Shown: in pieces, positions 62,673 to 64,000 of the stretch
How the letters are laid out: each line of letters opens with the position of its first letter
How positions within the stretch are numbered: position 1 is the first letter of the stretch
Origin: Octopus vulgaris
Lineage: Eukaryota
Reading direction: 5' to 3'
Assembly: GCA_951406725.2 (NCBI GenBank)
Contig: OX597814.1
Location: forward strand, 192,262,001 to 192,326,000
Length of the DNA stretch: 64,000 nucleotides
Translations under genes and position numbers: made by a program
The notes under the pieces: model-generated
The model's input: the letters and a program-made list of their open reading frames with translations, nothing else
Databases searched by the model: none
Told to the model about the DNA's origin: nothing

Positions 62673-63874
62673 TTAGTTATTGTGGGTAGAGAGCACTCAG
62701 ACCAGCTGGTATCTCTCTTCCACGTTTCAGCAGTCTTGACAAATCTCCAGATTTGTCCATCTTCCCGAAGACTGAAGCTTTCCTGTAGAGCTGAGTTCCT
62801 ATTCAGGGAAGCCACTACACGTAGCTTTGGGCGTACATCGGATGGTAAGCCTGGGCGTGTTCGGAAGGTGGTCCGATTTTCCCGCCCAGCTTTAACTGAG
62901 GCCAGATGGTAAGAGGTTGCCTCAGTGGGGTCTGTAAAAGACAACTTGATGAGCCTAGGTTTTGGGCCAGGTCGTCCAAGGCGGATAGCACCCGTTGGGG
63001 GAACGCAGCCTAGGTCTTTGGCTGAGTTGGCAGCAAAAGCCTGAAGATCAGCCATGTCTTCTGGCACCCCAATGGCAATGACTTCATGGGTGGCAGAATC
63101 CGCGGTCTTAAATGCGACAAGAGGTACAGGTACAGGGAGGTTCTTTAGCAGAGCATTCCGATAAGACCCCTCATTGTGGAGTCCAACCTGAATGGTTGCT
63201 TTTATTCCTGCTACTTCCCCTTTTAAAGCACAGATCGATTGTTGCAGTTCTGCAAGAACCGCACTGGTCAATTGGTGTTGTTGTTGTTGCTGCTGTTGCT
63301 CTGGTTGTGGTTGATTTTGTTGTTGCTGTTGTTGTTGTTGATGTTGTTGTTGCTGCTGCTCTGGTTGTGGTTGATTTTGTTGTTGCTGCTGCTCTGGTTG
63401 TGGTTGATTTTGTTGTTGCTGCTGCTGCTGCTCTAGTTGTTGCTGCTGCTGTTGTTGTTGCTGTTGTTGTTGCTGCTGCTCTGGTTGTGGTTGATTTTGT
63501 TGTTGCTGCTGTTGCTGTTCCGCCTCCTCCACGGGAGTGGCAGGGGGAGACACAATCGTCGGTTGTGGAGGCACGCAGGCCTGACACTGAAAAGTCCAAG
63601 ATTTAAGCTGAACCATCTTCCAGAGTCTATCCATCATAGCATTATGATGGCTCTTTTTTTGGCCTGGGATCTTCTGAAAGTCCGTGGCACATTGGAGGCA
63701 GACAGAGATGAGACATGTCCCACATTCGACCCAGCGATTACGGAACGTATTTTCGGGTTCCGTACAGATGTGGCAGGTGTGATTTTCTGGGCAGTGTTCT
63801 ATTTTAGAGCAGCGACCAGTCTTATCGCACGCCGCTATGGATTTCACCATGGCGATTCTGTTGGTTCTGGTCAT
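62645..63874 (-). CDS. LINE ORF1: PHD-like Cys cluster, Q/P-rich repeat, coiled coil
   Basis: CxxC..WVECxxC..CxxC..WTFQCxxC; heptad LAELQQSICALKGEVAGIK; RLGRPGPKPRLIKL.F typical of CR1/L2 ORF1. Confidence 0.85.
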   Translation of the reverse strand: MTRTNRIAMVKSIAACDKTGRCSKIEHCPENHTCHICTEPENTFRNRWVECGTCLISVCLQCATDFQKIPGQKKSHHNAMMDRLWKMVQLKSWTFQCQACVPPQPTIVSPPATPVEEAEQQQQQQQNQPQPEQQQQQQQQQQQQQQLEQQQQQQQNQPQPEQQQQQNQPQPEQQQQQHQQQQQQQQNQPQPEQQQQQQQHQLTSAVLAELQQSICALKGEVAGIKATIQVGLHNEGSYRNALLKNLPVPVPLVAFKTADSATHEVIAIGVPEDMADLQAFAANSAKDLGCVPPTGAIRLGRPGPKPRLIKLSFTDPTEATSYHLASVKAGRENRTTFRTRPGLPSDVRPKLRVVASLNRNSALQESFSLREDGQIWRFVKTAETWKRDTSWSECSLPTITKKTTATQGN

Positions 63875-64000
63875 CCGTAGAGACAGAAAATGTAAACAAC
63901 AATACGATAAAAGTAAAATATAAAATATTTGTTTTTGATTCGTTCTTTTTTGTGTATATTCCTTGTTCTTAAATATTGCATGTGTATATACACATGTTTC

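Larger units (their letters stand above)
59750..63900 (-). mobile_element. Near full-length CR1-group LINE with open ORF1 and ORF2, short 3' UTR and (TTA)n tail
   Basis: Two uninterrupted ORFs; about 50-nt 3' UTR ending GTGCACCTGAGCACTGTACACAA(TTA)n; 5' boundary and TSD not resolved. Confidence 0.9.

Noticed and set aside
63112-63880. Poly-V/A, poly-L and poly-T ORFs (63112-63606, 63171-63599, 63239-63436, 63437-63880)
   Set aside because: Alternative-frame and antisense shadows of the CAG/CAA repeat in LINE ORF1.

Overview
AT-rich, repeat-dense animal genomic DNA. The SINE and RTE repeat content suggests an octopus or other coleoid cephalopod (inference). Two spliced genes lie head-to-head. 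(1) CCDC47, a PAT-complex subunit, on the - strand: 13 coding exons from 30499 down to 7542, about 488 aa, with consistent GT-AG phases. (2) TTC30/IFT70 on the + strand: 10 coding exons from 39920 to 55298, 382 aa in the window and continuing past it, with a candidate RFX X-box about 100 bp upstream. A probable terminal exon of a third, unidentified gene is at 1320-1378. Mobile DNA includes an ORF-intact CR1-group LINE in a TTC30 intron (antisense), a decayed mariner, RTE and Tx1/L1 fragments, two non-autonomous Helitrons, TTAA MITEs, an 807-bp foldback element with an 8-bp TSD, and several SINE families. The most notable observation is that LINE ORF2 has no usable ATG, lies in the -1 frame, and is preceded by an in-phase G_GGA_AAC slippery heptamer directly before the ORF1 stop, suggesting programmed -1 frameshifting. 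Repeat boundaries were read by eye and are approximate.
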